NCBI GenBank assembly: GCA_002479255.1
Contig: DLMJ01000021.1
Coordinates: forward strand, 68,943-132,942
DNA: 64,000 nucleotides
Direction of reading: 5' to 3'
DNA from: Candidatus Binatus soli
GTDB taxonomy: Bacteria > Desulfobacterota > Binatia > Binatales > Binataceae
Shown: positions 41,581-52,343 of the stretch, one piece after another
Layout of the letters: every line of letters begins with the position of its first letter
Numbering within the stretch: the first letter of the stretch is position 1
Made by a program: the position numbers and the translations under genes
Notes under the pieces: generated by a model
Seen by the model: only the letters and a program-made list of their open reading frames with translations
The model's database searches: none
What the model was told of the DNA's origin: nothing

Positions 41581-43011
41581 TCAATCCCAAACCGGCGGCT
41601 TACGACCGATCCACGGCTGTGCCTGTTCGAGCTGGCCCGCGAGCTGGATCAGCGTCGCTTCGTCGCCGTAGCGCCCACCGAACATCGCTCCGATTGGCAA
41701 GCCCTCGCGATTCCAATAGAGCGGCAGCGAGATCGCCGGTTGCCCGGTGATGTTGTACACGGGGCATGGAATCGCAAAGTTCGCAATCTCGTCGAGCAGC
41801 TTCGTGGCCGGACTCATGAAGTCGATAGTGCCGATCCGCAGCGGCGGCTGACCCAAAGTGGGCGTCAGGAACAGATCGTGTGATTCGAAGAATGTCGCAA
41901 ACTGACGCGCGGCCTGTTGGAGCATCGCCTGCGCAATCAGATATTGCGACGCCGACACCTGCCTCCCGCGCTCGTACAGGTTCCACGTGAAGGTCTCGAA
42001 CTTGTCGGGCGTCGGCTCGGCGCCGGTCAGCATGCGCGTCGCCTCGATGGAGAGCGCCACTCCCGCCGCATAAACGGTTTCGAAGAGCTGCGCGAGCATC
42101 TGGTAATTGAGTTGCGGCACCGCCTCTTCGACCTCGTGTCCGAGTTCCGCGCACAGCTTTGCCGCTCGCTGTGTGGCCTCGATGCAGTCCGGATGAATGG
42201 CGCCGCCCAGCGGATTCACGGCCGAGAACGCGATTCGAAGCCGCTTGGGCGGCGTCGACGCTTCCTGCAGATAGGGGCGGATAGGCGGCGACGGGAAGTA
42301 TGGATCGCCAGGCATCGGACCCGCGGTTGCGTCGAGTGCCGCCGCGCTGTCGCGGACGGTTCTGGTCAACACATGCTCGACCGCCAAGCCGCCGAGAACG
42401 TCGCCGAGAGTCGGCGCGAGCGAGATACGTCCGCGCGTCGGCTTGAGTCCGACCAATCCGCAGCACGCTGCGGGGATTCGAATCGAGCCGCCGCCGTCGT
42501 TGCCGTGCGCGACCGGCACGATTCCTGCCGCGACCGCCGCGGCTGAGCCGCCGCTGGATCCGCCCGGCGTACGCTCGAGGTTCCACGGGTTATGCGCCGG
42601 CCCGTAAAGACGCGATTCGGTTACGGGGGGAATTCCCAATTCAGGCGCGTTGGTCTTGGCGAACGGGATGAAGCCCGCGCGCTTGTAGCGGGCTACCACC
42701 TCCGAGTCCGCCGGCATCGGCGTGGCCGGAATGAACGCGCACGCCGAGCGCGTCGGCATTCCGGCGCAGTCGCCCAGAATGTCCTTGAGCAGCATCGGCA
42801 CGCCCGCGAACGGCACAGCACCGGCCTCGTGCGTACGCGCCGTGGCGCGCGCGCGATCGTAATCCTTGAAAACGATCGCATTGAGCTTCGCGTTGTGTTT
42901 TTCCGCGCGCGCAATAGCCGCGTCCATCAGCTCGGCCGGCGTAATCTTGCGCTCGCGCACCATGCGGCCCAGGGCCAGGCCGTCGAAGGAAGCGTATTCG
43001 TTGAATGACAT
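41581..43011 (-). CDS. Amidase (amidase-signature family)
   Basis: [14 protein letters not shown] signature and a Ser-cisSer-Lys triad context. Confidence 0.85.
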   Translation of the reverse strand: MSFNEYASFDGLALGRMVRERKITPAELMDAAIARAEKHNAKLNAIVFKDYDRARATARTHEAGAVPFAGVPMLLKDILGDCAGMPTRSACAFIPATPMPADSEVVARYKRAGFIPFAKTNAPELGIPPVTESRLYGPAHNPWNLERTPGGSSGGSAAAVAAGIVPVAHGNDGGGSIRIPAACCGLVGLKPTRGRISLAPTLGDVLGGLAVEHVLTRTVRDSAAALDATAGPMPGDPYFPSPPIRPYLQEASTPPKRLRIAFSAVNPLGGAIHPDCIEATQRAAKLCAELGHEVEEAVPQLNYQMLAQLFETVYAAGVALSIEATRMLTGAEPTPDKFETFTWNLYERGRQVSASQYLIAQAMLQQAARQFATFFESHDLFLTPTLGQPPLRIGTIDFMSPATKLLDEIANFAIPCPVYNITGQPAISLPLYWNREGLPIGAMFGGRYGDEATLIQLAGQLEQAQPWIGRKPPVWD

Positions 43012-43128
43012 GTGACGCTGCAGGCTCCTTTCCCTCTCTCGCTGCTGAGAACTCCCGGTACGTTGGGAAACCTAGCATCTTTGCGATTGGCTGCCATAGC
43101 GCCGCCCGCTGGTGGCTGCCGAAAACCA

Positions 43129-43827
43129 TTAGTAAGTTGCCTGCGAAGGCGCAGTCGCCGCGGCGGGCGAGGCGCCCGGAGCGGGCGTTGCGGCATTGAC
43201 CGCGACGATGTGAAAGCGAACCGTCGCCTCATCGCCGGCCAGAATCGCGCCAAACAGAACGCCGGGGACCTTGACGCCGAACTCCTCATAATTGAACTTC
43301 ACTTCGCCGTCGCCGGTGAAGACGCCATCTGCGCCGAGCGTCGCATGAACAGACATGGTCATGGCATGCGCTTCGCCGTGAAGGGTAAGGAAGCCGGATA
43401 CTATCGCGGTGCCTTCGTGGCCACTGGTCATCACGACGCCGACGACACTGTTGCTCTCGAATCCGATGGTGGGAAATTTGTCCGCCTCGAGCGATTTTTC
43501 GGTGACGGCTCGATCGCGCGACGCATTATCGCTGCGATAGCTGGTCGCGTCGATCAGTATCCTCGCCTTCGCGCTGGCCGGGATGTTGGCGGGATCGGCG
43601 CTCACCGCGCCGTCGATTATGCGAAACGTCCCGGTGGCGCTGCCGCGGATGAAGGCGGCCGGTTCCGCGACCGACACGCTTACCGTGCTGCGGTCAACGT
43701 CCATCTTGAATCGCATCGTGGCTGCGCCGGCAGCGCACGGTCCGAAAGCAATCAGCGCGAATGCGCCGGCCATCGCAATCAGTGCGTGCGTGAGGACGGC
43801 GTGAAACTCAGTTGCGGATTTTTTCAA
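43129..43827 (-). CDS. YceI-like periplasmic protein
   Basis: Signal peptide plus a YceI lipocalin-like fold pattern, with a C-terminal Ala/Pro-rich tail. Confidence 0.7.
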   Translation of the reverse strand: MKKSATEFHAVLTHALIAMAGAFALIAFGPCAAGAATMRFKMDVDRSTVSVSVAEPAAFIRGSATGTFRIIDGAVSADPANIPASAKARILIDATSYRSDNASRDRAVTEKSLEADKFPTIGFESNSVVGVVMTSGHEGTAIVSGFLTLHGEAHAMTMSVHATLGADGVFTGDGEVKFNYEEFGVKVPGVLFGAILAGDEATVRFHIVAVNAATPAPGASPAAATAPSQATY

Positions 43828-43853
43828 TTGGCAAGTGCTCCATTTTAGTGCGA

Positions 43854-45593
43854 TCAGCCGAAACGCCGACGCGCGATTGCGATGCCTACCACAGTGTAGA
43901 TAATTCCGAATCCGAAGTTGACCGCGGCCGGAACCAGCGCGCTCGACGCGGCGAGGTTGCGGATCATCAAATCGTTAAAGGCGCGCATCGCCCACGTGGT
44001 CGGCAGCGCGAGGGCGAGCTGCTGCATCCAGGCGGGTTCGAAATCGATCGGCCACCAGCATCCGCCGATCGCCGCCATTGTCATGATCACAATTGCGCCC
44101 ACGGGCAGAACGGCGTCGCGCGTCCGCCCCACTCCGGCAACGACCAATCCGAACGCCGCGCCCGCGAAAGCGATCGCCGCGGCGGGCATCATCAGCGCGG
44201 CCGGCGTGCGGCCGAGCGAAATTCCGAACAGCGCGTATCCGGCGGCGAACAGCACCGCCATCTGGATGAAGCCGACCACGAAGCGGGCAAGCAACATTCC
44301 GCTGAGCGTAGTCCACAGCGGCGCCGACGCCGAGCGCAGGCGTTCGAGCGTGCCCCAATCGTGCTCGTCGATCAGCGCCAACGACACGCCCATCAACATT
44401 CCGATCAAAAGAAAGGTCACGGCGAAACCCGGCACCTGGAGATCGAACGCGTTGAATCCCGCGACCGCACCGATTTCCCGGCCGGCCAGATCGACCTCGG
44501 TGTAGCCGAGCGTGCCGGGAATCGCGCGGCTCGAATCGATTCGAGGCAGGACAGGAATGTTGACGGGCGGGATTTTTGGCATCGCCGGCAGCTCGGGCAG
44601 ATTAAGATCGATCGGCGCAACCGTGAGCGCGCTTTCGAGCCTGGCCCGGGCATCCTTGATCTCCGCGCCGGCTTCGAGCTTGATTGCGCCGAGATCCAGA
44701 TCGGCCGGCAGAGTCGGGATGGCCGGCGGCGGCGGGATGTCGGCGGCGTGGCTGCCGGCAAGCTGCTTGAGTTGGCCGAACCAGGTCTCGAACTGGGCGT
44801 GCGCGATGTCGAGGCGCTTCAAATAATCCTCGAGCTCATTGAGTTTCGCCTGCTGCGCGGCGGCGTCGGCGTCGATCTTGCGCTGGATCCGATTCAACTC
44901 GGCGTCGAGCGCGGCTTTGGTTTTATCGCGCGCGTTGGTCAAAGCAGCCTCGAACTGCGCGCGAATCCGCGCCGCGAGCGCAGCGCGCGATGCAGCAGCC
45001 GCGGCGGCGAGGCGCGCGGCTCCGGCGCGGGCTTGCGCGACGGACTCGCGCGCTTGCTCGATCTGACGGGTCAAGTTGCGAGTTTGTTCGGCGGCCTGTA
45101 TCCGCGCCTCGGCGGCGGCGCCGGCGCTGATTTTCCGGCACAACTCCGAAAGCGTCAGCTCGATCTCCGTGGTCTGCAGGTACTTGACCGGGTCGGTATA
45201 GAGAATGAGCTGCGCGCCGCGGCCGTGTCCGATCGCGTCGGTTGTTCCGGGAGGAATGACTATTCCGACCACCGCCAAGTTTCGCTCGCGGACGGTCTGC
45301 TGAGCGTCGAGGCGGCTCGAAGAATGAATGAGGGAGAGCTCGGGCCGATGCGCGATTGCGTCGAGGATCGCGCGCGCGACAGCGCCGTGGTCTTCGTCGA
45401 GAATGGCCACCGAGTATTCGCCGCGCGGAGCGGTTCGACCGCCAAAAATTTTCGCCAGCGAAAAACCGGCGGCAGCGATGACGGCGATAGGCGCGACCAG
45501 CAGCATGAACAAGCCGATGCGGTCGCGCCGGATGAGCAGGAATTCCTTGCCGATCGTCAGCCACACCGCGCGCAGCATCATCGCCTCAAGCAA
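43854..45593 (-). CDS. ABC-2-type transporter permease with a large extracytoplasmic coiled-coil domain (YhgE/Pip-like)
   Basis: One N-terminal TM helix, a ~350-aa Ala/Gln-rich coiled-coil ectodomain, and five C-terminal TM helices. Confidence 0.7.
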   Translation of the reverse strand: MLEAMMLRAVWLTIGKEFLLIRRDRIGLFMLLVAPIAVIAAAGFSLAKIFGGRTAPRGEYSVAILDEDHGAVARAILDAIAHRPELSLIHSSSRLDAQQTVRERNLAVVGIVIPPGTTDAIGHGRGAQLILYTDPVKYLQTTEIELTLSELCRKISAGAAAEARIQAAEQTRNLTRQIEQARESVAQARAGAARLAAAAAASRAALAARIRAQFEAALTNARDKTKAALDAELNRIQRKIDADAAAQQAKLNELEDYLKRLDIAHAQFETWFGQLKQLAGSHAADIPPPPAIPTLPADLDLGAIKLEAGAEIKDARARLESALTVAPIDLNLPELPAMPKIPPVNIPVLPRIDSSRAIPGTLGYTEVDLAGREIGAVAGFNAFDLQVPGFAVTFLLIGMLMGVSLALIDEHDWGTLERLRSASAPLWTTLSGMLLARFVVGFIQMAVLFAAGYALFGISLGRTPAALMMPAAAIAFAGAAFGLVVAGVGRTRDAVLPVGAIVIMTMAAIGGCWWPIDFEPAWMQQLALALPTTWAMRAFNDLMIRNLAASSALVPAAVNFGFGIIYTVVGIAIARRRFG

Positions 45594-45623
45594 CCCGGCC
45601 GTTGGTCGTGGGACGCATCATGT

Positions 45624-46559
45624 TCATGGCGTATCGCGAAGCGCGCGGCCGGTGAGTTTCAGGAAAGCGTCCTGGAGATTGGGACGATGGACGTGGAACT
45701 CGACGACCTCGCCGCCAATCTCGCCGGCGCGGCGAATCACGTCGGGCACCTGGTCGAGCGTGCGCAGCGTGAGCGCAGCCGCGAAGCCGTCGAGGGCATC
45801 CCCCGGCAGTTCGCCGACGCCCGCGATCCCATTGGACCATCCGGGCAGCAGCGCTTTTTTGGTCAAGATTTCGATCCGCGGTTCGGTTCCCGCCAATGCG
45901 ATCAGTTCCCGGTCGGTGCCCTGCGCAACTATTTTCCCGTGATCGATCAGCACGATTCGGTTGCATAGCCGTTCTGCTTCTTCCATGTAGTGCGTGCTGT
46001 AGAGGATCGCGCCGCCGGCTTGCGCGGCCGCCTCGACGATCGCGAAGATCCGCCCGCGCGATTGCGGATCGACGCCGACGGTCGGCTCGTCGAGCATGAG
46101 CGCCGCCGGAAAGTGCACCATTGCGCACGCGATGTTCAGCCGGCGCATCATGCCGCCGGAAAATTCGTTTACCACGTCGTCAGCGCGATCGCCCAGCCCG
46201 ACTTCCTCGAGCAAAGTGCGGGCGTGGCTCAAAGCGTCGCGCGAGGCCATCCCCTCCATCCGTCCAAAGAACACGAGGTTTTCAAGCGCGGTGAGCGTGG
46301 GGTAAAGAGCGAGCGATTGCGGCACCAGGCCCAGCCTCTGGCGCGCCAGGCGCGGCGCGGTGGCGAGATCGTAAGAGCCAATCGAGGCGCGGCCGGAGTC
46401 CGGAGCGATCACGCCCGACAGAATCAAGAGCGCGGTGGTCTTGCCGGCGCCGTTGGGACCGAGCAGGCCGACGATCTCGCCTGCGTTGACGGTAAACGAC
46501 ACGCCGTCGAGCGCGACGCGGTGGCCGTAACGCTTGCGCAGACCTTCGGCGCGGATCAT
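45624..46559 (-). CDS. ABC transporter ATP-binding protein
   Basis: ATG at 46559 (MIRAEGLRKRYG...). Walker A GPNGAGKTT, signature SGGMMRRL and Walker B LMLDEP are present. Confidence 0.85.
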   Translation of the reverse strand: MIRAEGLRKRYGHRVALDGVSFTVNAGEIVGLLGPNGAGKTTALLILSGVIAPDSGRASIGSYDLATAPRLARQRLGLVPQSLALYPTLTALENLVFFGRMEGMASRDALSHARTLLEEVGLGDRADDVVNEFSGGMMRRLNIACAMVHFPAALMLDEPTVGVDPQSRGRIFAIVEAAAQAGGAILYSTHYMEEAERLCNRIVLIDHGKIVAQGTDRELIALAGTEPRIEILTKKALLPGWSNGIAGVGELPGDALDGFAAALTLRTLDQVPDVIRRAGEIGGEVVEFHVHRPNLQDAFLKLTGRALRDTP

Positions 46560-46593
46560 GGGGCCTGAGTTCATCGATAATGAACCACGGGTT

Positions 46594-49026
46594 TCATCGC
46601 GGGCGCCCAATCAGATTATTCATGAGAGTTGTTGATGATGAAGATGCGGCCGGCGTGCGGCTTTCCAGGTCGGGGCGCCTCGATGCGACTGCGCGTTCCT
46701 TCTCGCGGCGGATGAAGGCGGGATCGAAAGTCACGATCAAGACGGGCAGAATGGTCATCGCACCAAGCATCGAAACGAACATCCAGACCGCCAGCAGCAG
46801 GCCCATCTCGGCGTCGAAGCGGATGCTCGACCAGTACCAGAACAGAACCGACGCGACCAGCGTCAGCGCGGTGAATGCGACGGCCTTTCCCGAGGTGATC
46901 AAAGCAGTATAGGTACTGCGCTTGAGATCGCAGCCCAGGGCGAGTTCTTCGATAATCCGGCTTACTATGTAGATGGAATAGTCAATCCCAAATCCGACGC
47001 CGACAGTGACTACCGGCAGAGTATTAATGTTGATACCGATGTTATGTGCGCCCATGTAGGCATTAATAGCAGCGTTGGCGAGCGCCAGGGGGAATAGCAA
47101 ATAGAGTCCCGCCATGAACGAGCGATAGGTTATGAGTATTATTATGTAGATAGTGGCGAACGCGAGTACGTTCAGCAAAAGATCATTGTCGATGATTTCC
47201 TGATTGGCGGCGGCGAGCTCGCCGATTATTCCGGCGGCGAGCGAAAACGTCACGCCGGGCACGCGATGCTTGGGCTCGTCGAAGAATCGCTGGGTGCGCA
47301 ACACGATTCGTTGGACGTTTTCGCCCTCGCGATCCTTGGAATACACCGTCATCTGGGTGGCGTCGCGCCGTGGCGTGATGATGTAGGCGGTCGACAGCGG
47401 AGACGCGCCGGCCAGCAATCCGCCGAGCAGCTGTCCGGTTTCGCGCGTGGTGGTCGGCAGCACGTTCCACTTGGGCTGGAATTCCCTGAGCGCGGAGCCG
47501 CCGTTCGACAGCAGATCGGCAACCGAGAATGTGCGCCCAACCGCCGGATCGCGCTCCATGTAGCGCTCGTACTCGTCCATGACGTGGTACAGCTTGGGAT
47601 CGTTGAGCGATTCGCGCCGGGCGAGCTCCGCTACAACGACGAACTGCTCAATCGCGCCAAACTCGCTCTGGATGGCGGCCATCGAGCGGTTATACGCCGA
47701 GTCGGGCCACAAAATGGGCGATTCAGACGACGGGTCGCCGACCCTGAGTCCGGACCAGAAGAACGCGCACATCGCGATCGCCGCGATCGTGGCGGCGAAC
47801 GCGGCGATGCGGCCCGATCTTTCCAGCATCGGCCTTGCGATCGACTGCAGCATTCGTTTGAAGAAGCCATGCTCGCGGCGCTCGATCACGTCGATGCGCG
47901 GCGGGTCGAGGTAGTAGTACACGATCGGATTGAGTATCAGCTCGCTCACGATGATCGCGGCGATCCAGAAGCTCGCGGTGATCGCGAGTTTCTGCAGAAA
48001 CAGAACCGGCACGAGCAGGATGATGAGCACGCCGAACGCATCGGCCAGAATTCCCGACAGCGACGGAACGAACAGCTCGGAAAACGACGACAGGATGGCC
48101 CTTTCCTTGTCGCGCAGGCGGTAAAACTCTTCGTAGTACCGATCGTGCATCTGCACTGAATGGCTGACGGCGCGCGCGGTTATCAGGAACGGGATGACGA
48201 GCACCAGCGGATCGAGTCCGAAGCCGAGCAGCCGGATGAAGCCGAGGCCCCAGATGGCGCAAATCACGCCGGAGATCGTCGGGCGCAGCGCACCGCGCCA
48301 ATCGCTGAAATAAAGATAGAGCAGGGTCCAGACGGCGAGCACCGTGGCGACAAAAATCCAGAGAAATTCCGGCGTGTAGTGATACACCCATCCGTACAGG
48401 ATCGGCTGTCCGCCGTAGTAGATATGCACCGACGCGTCGCGCTCCGGGTCCACCACGATACGCCGAATCTCGTCGAAGATGCGCGTGTAGTCGAGTCGCG
48501 TCTCGAGGAAGCTGCCCTCGATCACCGCCGCCTTGTCGTCGAGCGAGACGAAGCGGCCGAAAATCACGCCGGGATTTTTGTGGACGTTGCTCTCGAGTTC
48601 TTCCAGCTCGCCGGCGGTCTTGGGAACGTCGCCGTTGGGCAGCACGGGGGTATTGAGAATCACGCCGCCGGCCAGCGGGCGGAAATAGCTGGAAGTCGCG
48701 ATCGAGCGCACCGAGCCGTGCTGGATGCCGTAAACGAGATCGATGTCGCGCGTCATCCGGACTATTTTGCCGATGATCGCGGTGTTGTAGATCGTCCCCT
48801 CTTTCGCCTCGATCATGATCGTGACGTTGTTGACGCTGCCGAAGTACTGGTCGTACTTGTGCGCGACCTGGATGAACGGATGGTTCTGCGGAAGCAGTTC
48901 GCCGAAGCTCGTAACGAGTTGGGTTTGCGCCGCGAAGTAGCCGAAGAATACGGTGAGCGCGCCGACGACGCCCAACACGATGAAGCGCCGGCGCAGAATC
49001 CATTCACCAAAACGATACCAGGTCAT
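46594..49026 (-). CDS. MMPL/RND-superfamily exporter (HpnN/MmpL-like, 12 TM, two periplasmic loops)
   Basis: ATG at 49026 (MTWYRFGEWILRRRFIVLG...). Duplicated 6-TM bundles with sterol-sensing-domain-like regions. Confidence 0.8.
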   Translation of the reverse strand: MTWYRFGEWILRRRFIVLGVVGALTVFFGYFAAQTQLVTSFGELLPQNHPFIQVAHKYDQYFGSVNNVTIMIEAKEGTIYNTAIIGKIVRMTRDIDLVYGIQHGSVRSIATSSYFRPLAGGVILNTPVLPNGDVPKTAGELEELESNVHKNPGVIFGRFVSLDDKAAVIEGSFLETRLDYTRIFDEIRRIVVDPERDASVHIYYGGQPILYGWVYHYTPEFLWIFVATVLAVWTLLYLYFSDWRGALRPTISGVICAIWGLGFIRLLGFGLDPLVLVIPFLITARAVSHSVQMHDRYYEEFYRLRDKERAILSSFSELFVPSLSGILADAFGVLIILLVPVLFLQKLAITASFWIAAIIVSELILNPIVYYYLDPPRIDVIERREHGFFKRMLQSIARPMLERSGRIAAFAATIAAIAMCAFFWSGLRVGDPSSESPILWPDSAYNRSMAAIQSEFGAIEQFVVVAELARRESLNDPKLYHVMDEYERYMERDPAVGRTFSVADLLSNGGSALREFQPKWNVLPTTTRETGQLLGGLLAGASPLSTAYIITPRRDATQMTVYSKDREGENVQRIVLRTQRFFDEPKHRVPGVTFSLAAGIIGELAAANQEIIDNDLLLNVLAFATIYIIILITYRSFMAGLYLLFPLALANAAINAYMGAHNIGININTLPVVTVGVGFGIDYSIYIVSRIIEELALGCDLKRSTYTALITSGKAVAFTALTLVASVLFWYWSSIRFDAEMGLLLAVWMFVSMLGAMTILPVLIVTFDPAFIRREKERAVASRRPDLESRTPAASSSSTTLMNNLIGRPR

Positions 49027-49063
49027 TGCGTTGTCCGCAGTCCCCGTGCTCGCGCGTTTGCGC

Positions 49064-50200
49064 TCAACCCTGGCACAAGCGCCAGGTCTTGCCGCCGTCC
49101 TCGGTGTAAAGGATGGTGCCGTAGCCGACGATCCATCCGTGCTGCGCGTCGAAGAACCGCACCTGGCTGAGCGGGAACGGTATCGCGGGCACGGTCGGAT
49201 CATGCGCCCATGCGCCGTTGGACTGAAGGCGCAGCACGGCGCCCGTCAGTCCGGTAGTGATTCCCTGGTCGCCGGCAAACAGATCGATCGAGAACAGCGG
49301 ATCGCGCGCTGGAATCTGCACCGCTCCCGGCACCAGCGTGTCAGGCTCCGCGCCCGGCTGGTCCGACTGATGGGCAAACCGCCAGCTCTTGCCGCCGTCG
49401 TCGGTCTGCACCACCCATCCCTCGAGTCCGCACGCCGCGCCATGCTTTTGATCGCGGAACGAGACGCTGAATAAAGTCGGCAGGATAAAATCGGCGAAGC
49501 GCGGATCGTCGCCGGGTCCGAGCGGACGTTTCCATTGCGCCACCAGCGGTTGCTGCTGCTCATCCCAGCTCTTGCCGCCATTTTCGGTCGCCCAGATTCG
49601 CCCCAACTCGCCGACCACCCATCCGTGATCGACGTCGAGGAAACTCGCACTGTACAGAATCGGCTCCTCGTACGGCAGCGCGTAGTCGGCCAGCTCCTGC
49701 GGAAAAAGCCGCTGCAACTGGCGCTTGATGAAACTCTCGCCGCCGTTGGTCGTGCTCATCACCAGCGCGCGGTCGCCGACAAAGAAGCCATGAAGCGCGT
49801 CGGGAAACGACAGGCCGAAAATGAACAGGTGGGTTCGCGAGTTGAGCCGCTCCCAGCTCTTGCCGCCGTCGCGCGTGCGCATCACGAGGCCGTCCTGCCC
49901 GCACAGGTAGCCGTTCTGATCGTCGGCCATCTGGATTCCGAAGATGCCCAGGCTGGTGCCGATGTCGATCCGCTTGAAATGACGGCCGCCGTCCTCGGTC
50001 AACAGCACCTTGCCCCGATCGCCGACGACAAATGCGCGCGTCGGGCTGGTCGGCCATACATCGAAAAACTTGTCGGTCAGCGTGATATTGGGAAGCGGCA
50101 ACGGCGGGAGTGCAACTTGCCGATGACACGCAGCGGTCGCGAGCGCGATTAGAGCAAATAGGGTCTTGATTAAGCTGTATGCACGGAGGTTTCGCTCCAT
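49064..50200 (-). CDS. Ycf48/BNR-like beta-propeller lipoprotein
   Basis: Lipobox-like signal (ALATAACH). It has repeated ..DGGK(S/T)W.. blades (TEDGGRHF, TRDGGKSW, TENGGKSW, TDDGGKSW, TEDGGKTW). Confidence 0.7.
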   Translation of the reverse strand: MERNLRAYSLIKTLFALIALATAACHRQVALPPLPLPNITLTDKFFDVWPTSPTRAFVVGDRGKVLLTEDGGRHFKRIDIGTSLGIFGIQMADDQNGYLCGQDGLVMRTRDGGKSWERLNSRTHLFIFGLSFPDALHGFFVGDRALVMSTTNGGESFIKRQLQRLFPQELADYALPYEEPILYSASFLDVDHGWVVGELGRIWATENGGKSWDEQQQPLVAQWKRPLGPGDDPRFADFILPTLFSVSFRDQKHGAACGLEGWVVQTDDGGKSWRFAHQSDQPGAEPDTLVPGAVQIPARDPLFSIDLFAGDQGITTGLTGAVLRLQSNGAWAHDPTVPAIPFPLSQVRFFDAQHGWIVGYGTILYTEDGGKTWRLCQG

Positions 50201-50517
50201 TCGGCCGATCCCGCGGAAAAATTTGCTCTATACTCAAGCAAACCCGGGGTCTTGGCAAGTCGCATTTTGCGCGCGAAGAATCGGGCCACTGCGGTTCCGT
50301 ACCGCGCCCACCAGACGCGCAACGGACTCCTCCCACCGCCGCTGGGAACACCGTGTGTTATCGCGAATGCAATCTCTGAAGCTTCTGGAGGGGGAGCCAG
50401 TGACGGACGCTACAAGTGCGATTGCGAAGCGAATGTGGCGTTCGAGAGCGCTCGCCATCTTGCAGGTCACGGTGCCAAACGCTGCAACATGTTGCTTGCT
50501 GGGGCTTTTGAGCAGGA

Positions 50518-51714
50518 TTACAGATCCGCCAGCAACAGGCCCGTCAGGTACTCGCCCTCTGCGTGACCGAGCAGCACAGGATGGTCCGGGCCAGGGCCGA
50601 GATGCGCAATCAAGCGAAGATTGCGGCCGGCATTGGACGCGGAAAATCGCACGGCGCGGACGAAATCCTCGGCGCGGAAATGCGTCGAGCACGAAAACGT
50701 CATCAGACGTCCGCCCGGCGCCAGCGCCCTCATCGCGACCGAGTTGAGTTCGACGTATAGCCGGCCCGCGCGCTCCGCATCGCCTCGGCTGCGCGCCAGC
50801 GGCGGCGGATCCAGCACGATCAGATCGAAGCGATCCGCCGTCTCGGCCATCAACTTGCCGGCTTCGCCGTGAACGAACTCGACGGCGGTGGCGGCATACC
50901 CGTTCAGTTCGAGATTTTGCCGCGCGATTTCGAGTGCCCGCGCGGACGTATCGACGGCGACGATCCGCGCGGCGCCGCCCGCAATCGCCGCGAGCGAGAA
51001 TCCGCCCTGGTAGCAGAAAGCGTCGAGCACCCGCGCATCGGACGCGATCCCGCCGGCAATCGCGCGGTTGTCGCGCTGATCCAAAAAATAGCCGGTCTTC
51101 TGCCCGTGCTCGAAATCTATCTTGATTTTAATTCCGTTCTCGGCCGCGATCGTCCCGGTCACGGGTTCGCCGGCTAAAATCGCGGCGTAGTCGTCGAGGC
51201 CTTCCTGCTTTCGCACCGCGCCGTGGCTTCGTTCGATGATCGAGCGCGGATGAAGCAGTTCGCCCAGCGCGGCAACAATCGTCGCGCGCATCCGGTCCGC
51301 GCCGGCGGTCAGGATTTGCACGACGAGGACATCGTCGAATCGATCGATGACCACGCCTGACAGCCCGTCGCCGGCACCGTTCACGAGGCGGTACGAATTC
51401 GTATCGTCGCGGATGAAACGGCGGCGGATTTCAAGCGCGCCGCCGAGCCGGCGCGCAACCAGCTCTTCGATTGCGGGCGCCTCTCCCCACGCCAGCATCC
51501 GGATCGCGATCGTGGTCGCAGGGTTGCAGTAACCCATGCCGAGCAGCACGCCCGATGCGTCGTGCACTGTGACGGGAGCGCCGGCTTCGATCGAGCGCGG
51601 TTCAATCCGATCGATCGCTTGCGAGAAGATCCACGGATTTCCGCCGCGGACCGGTCCTTCCCTGCCGCGCTTGAGGACCGCGCGCGCAATTGGCGCGCTC
51701 ACCGCGCCGGCCAT
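50518..51714 (-). CDS. Class I SAM-dependent rRNA methyltransferase (RlmI/RlmK-like, PUA plus MTase)
   Basis: Rossmann motifs (VLDAFCYQGGFS, DLIVLDPP) and the overall 396-aa RlmI architecture. Confidence 0.8.
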   Translation of the reverse strand: MAGAVSAPIARAVLKRGREGPVRGGNPWIFSQAIDRIEPRSIEAGAPVTVHDASGVLLGMGYCNPATTIAIRMLAWGEAPAIEELVARRLGGALEIRRRFIRDDTNSYRLVNGAGDGLSGVVIDRFDDVLVVQILTAGADRMRATIVAALGELLHPRSIIERSHGAVRKQEGLDDYAAILAGEPVTGTIAAENGIKIKIDFEHGQKTGYFLDQRDNRAIAGGIASDARVLDAFCYQGGFSLAAIAGGAARIVAVDTSARALEIARQNLELNGYAATAVEFVHGEAGKLMAETADRFDLIVLDPPPLARSRGDAERAGRLYVELNSVAMRALAPGGRLMTFSCSTHFRAEDFVRAVRFSASNAGRNLRLIAHLGPGPDHPVLLGHAEGEYLTGLLLADL

Positions 51715-52238
51715 GGCTGTTCGCCGGCGCGGGCGAAGTCGCCGCTGCGGCCGCCGCGTTTAGCGACCAGCCGGATTGCGCCGATTTCCATCGCGCGATC
51801 GATAGCCTTGGCCATGTCATAAATCGTCAATGCCGCCGCACTCACTGCGACCATTGCTTCCATTTCGACACCGGTGCGCGCGTCGGTGACTGTGCGCGCC
51901 TGGATTTGCAGTGCAGAGTTGGAAGAATCGGGCGTGAAATCGATCTCGACGACTTCGAGCGGGATCTGATGGCAGAGCGGAATCATCTCATGCGTGCGTT
52001 TCGCCGCCATTATTCCCGCGATGCGCGCCGCCGCCAGCGCCTCGCCTTTTTTGAGTTTCCCCCCAACTATCGCTTGAAGGGTCGCCGGCGCCATCCGGAC
52101 CTGGCCGCGCGCGATCGCCTCGCGCCGCGTTACCGGTTTTTGGCCGACATCGACCATCCGGATTCGCCCGCGGGCATCGAGATGCGTCAGGCGCGCGGAG
52201 ACGGCGCGCGGCTTTTGGGATTGTTTCTTGCCCGCCAT
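51699..52238 (-). CDS. moaC: Cyclic pyranopterin monophosphate synthase MoaC
   Basis: ..LTHLD..G...MVDVG.K..T.R.A.A.G.. and ..MIPLCH.I consensus. Confidence 0.85.
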   Translation of the reverse strand: MAGKKQSQKPRAVSARLTHLDARGRIRMVDVGQKPVTRREAIARGQVRMAPATLQAIVGGKLKKGEALAAARIAGIMAAKRTHEMIPLCHQIPLEVVEIDFTPDSSNSALQIQARTVTDARTGVEMEAMVAVSAAALTIYDMAKAIDRAMEIGAIRLVAKRGGRSGDFARAGEQPWPAR

Positions 52239-52343
52239 TGTAAGGAAGTGGTTAGAGCTTATGTTGACCGCGCGCGAATATACAATAAACTCTTGATTCC
52301 CAGTTCAACAAAACATCTCAAACCATTGCGCAGGGCAGGTTAT

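Noticed and set aside
43812-45968. 718-aa plus-strand ORF spanning the ABC-2 permease/ATPase region
   Set aside because: Extremely Arg/Gly-rich low-complexity antisense frame.
47723-49170. Long antisense ORFs within the MMPL gene
   Set aside because: Arg-rich spurious frames inside a gene with clear 12-TM architecture.
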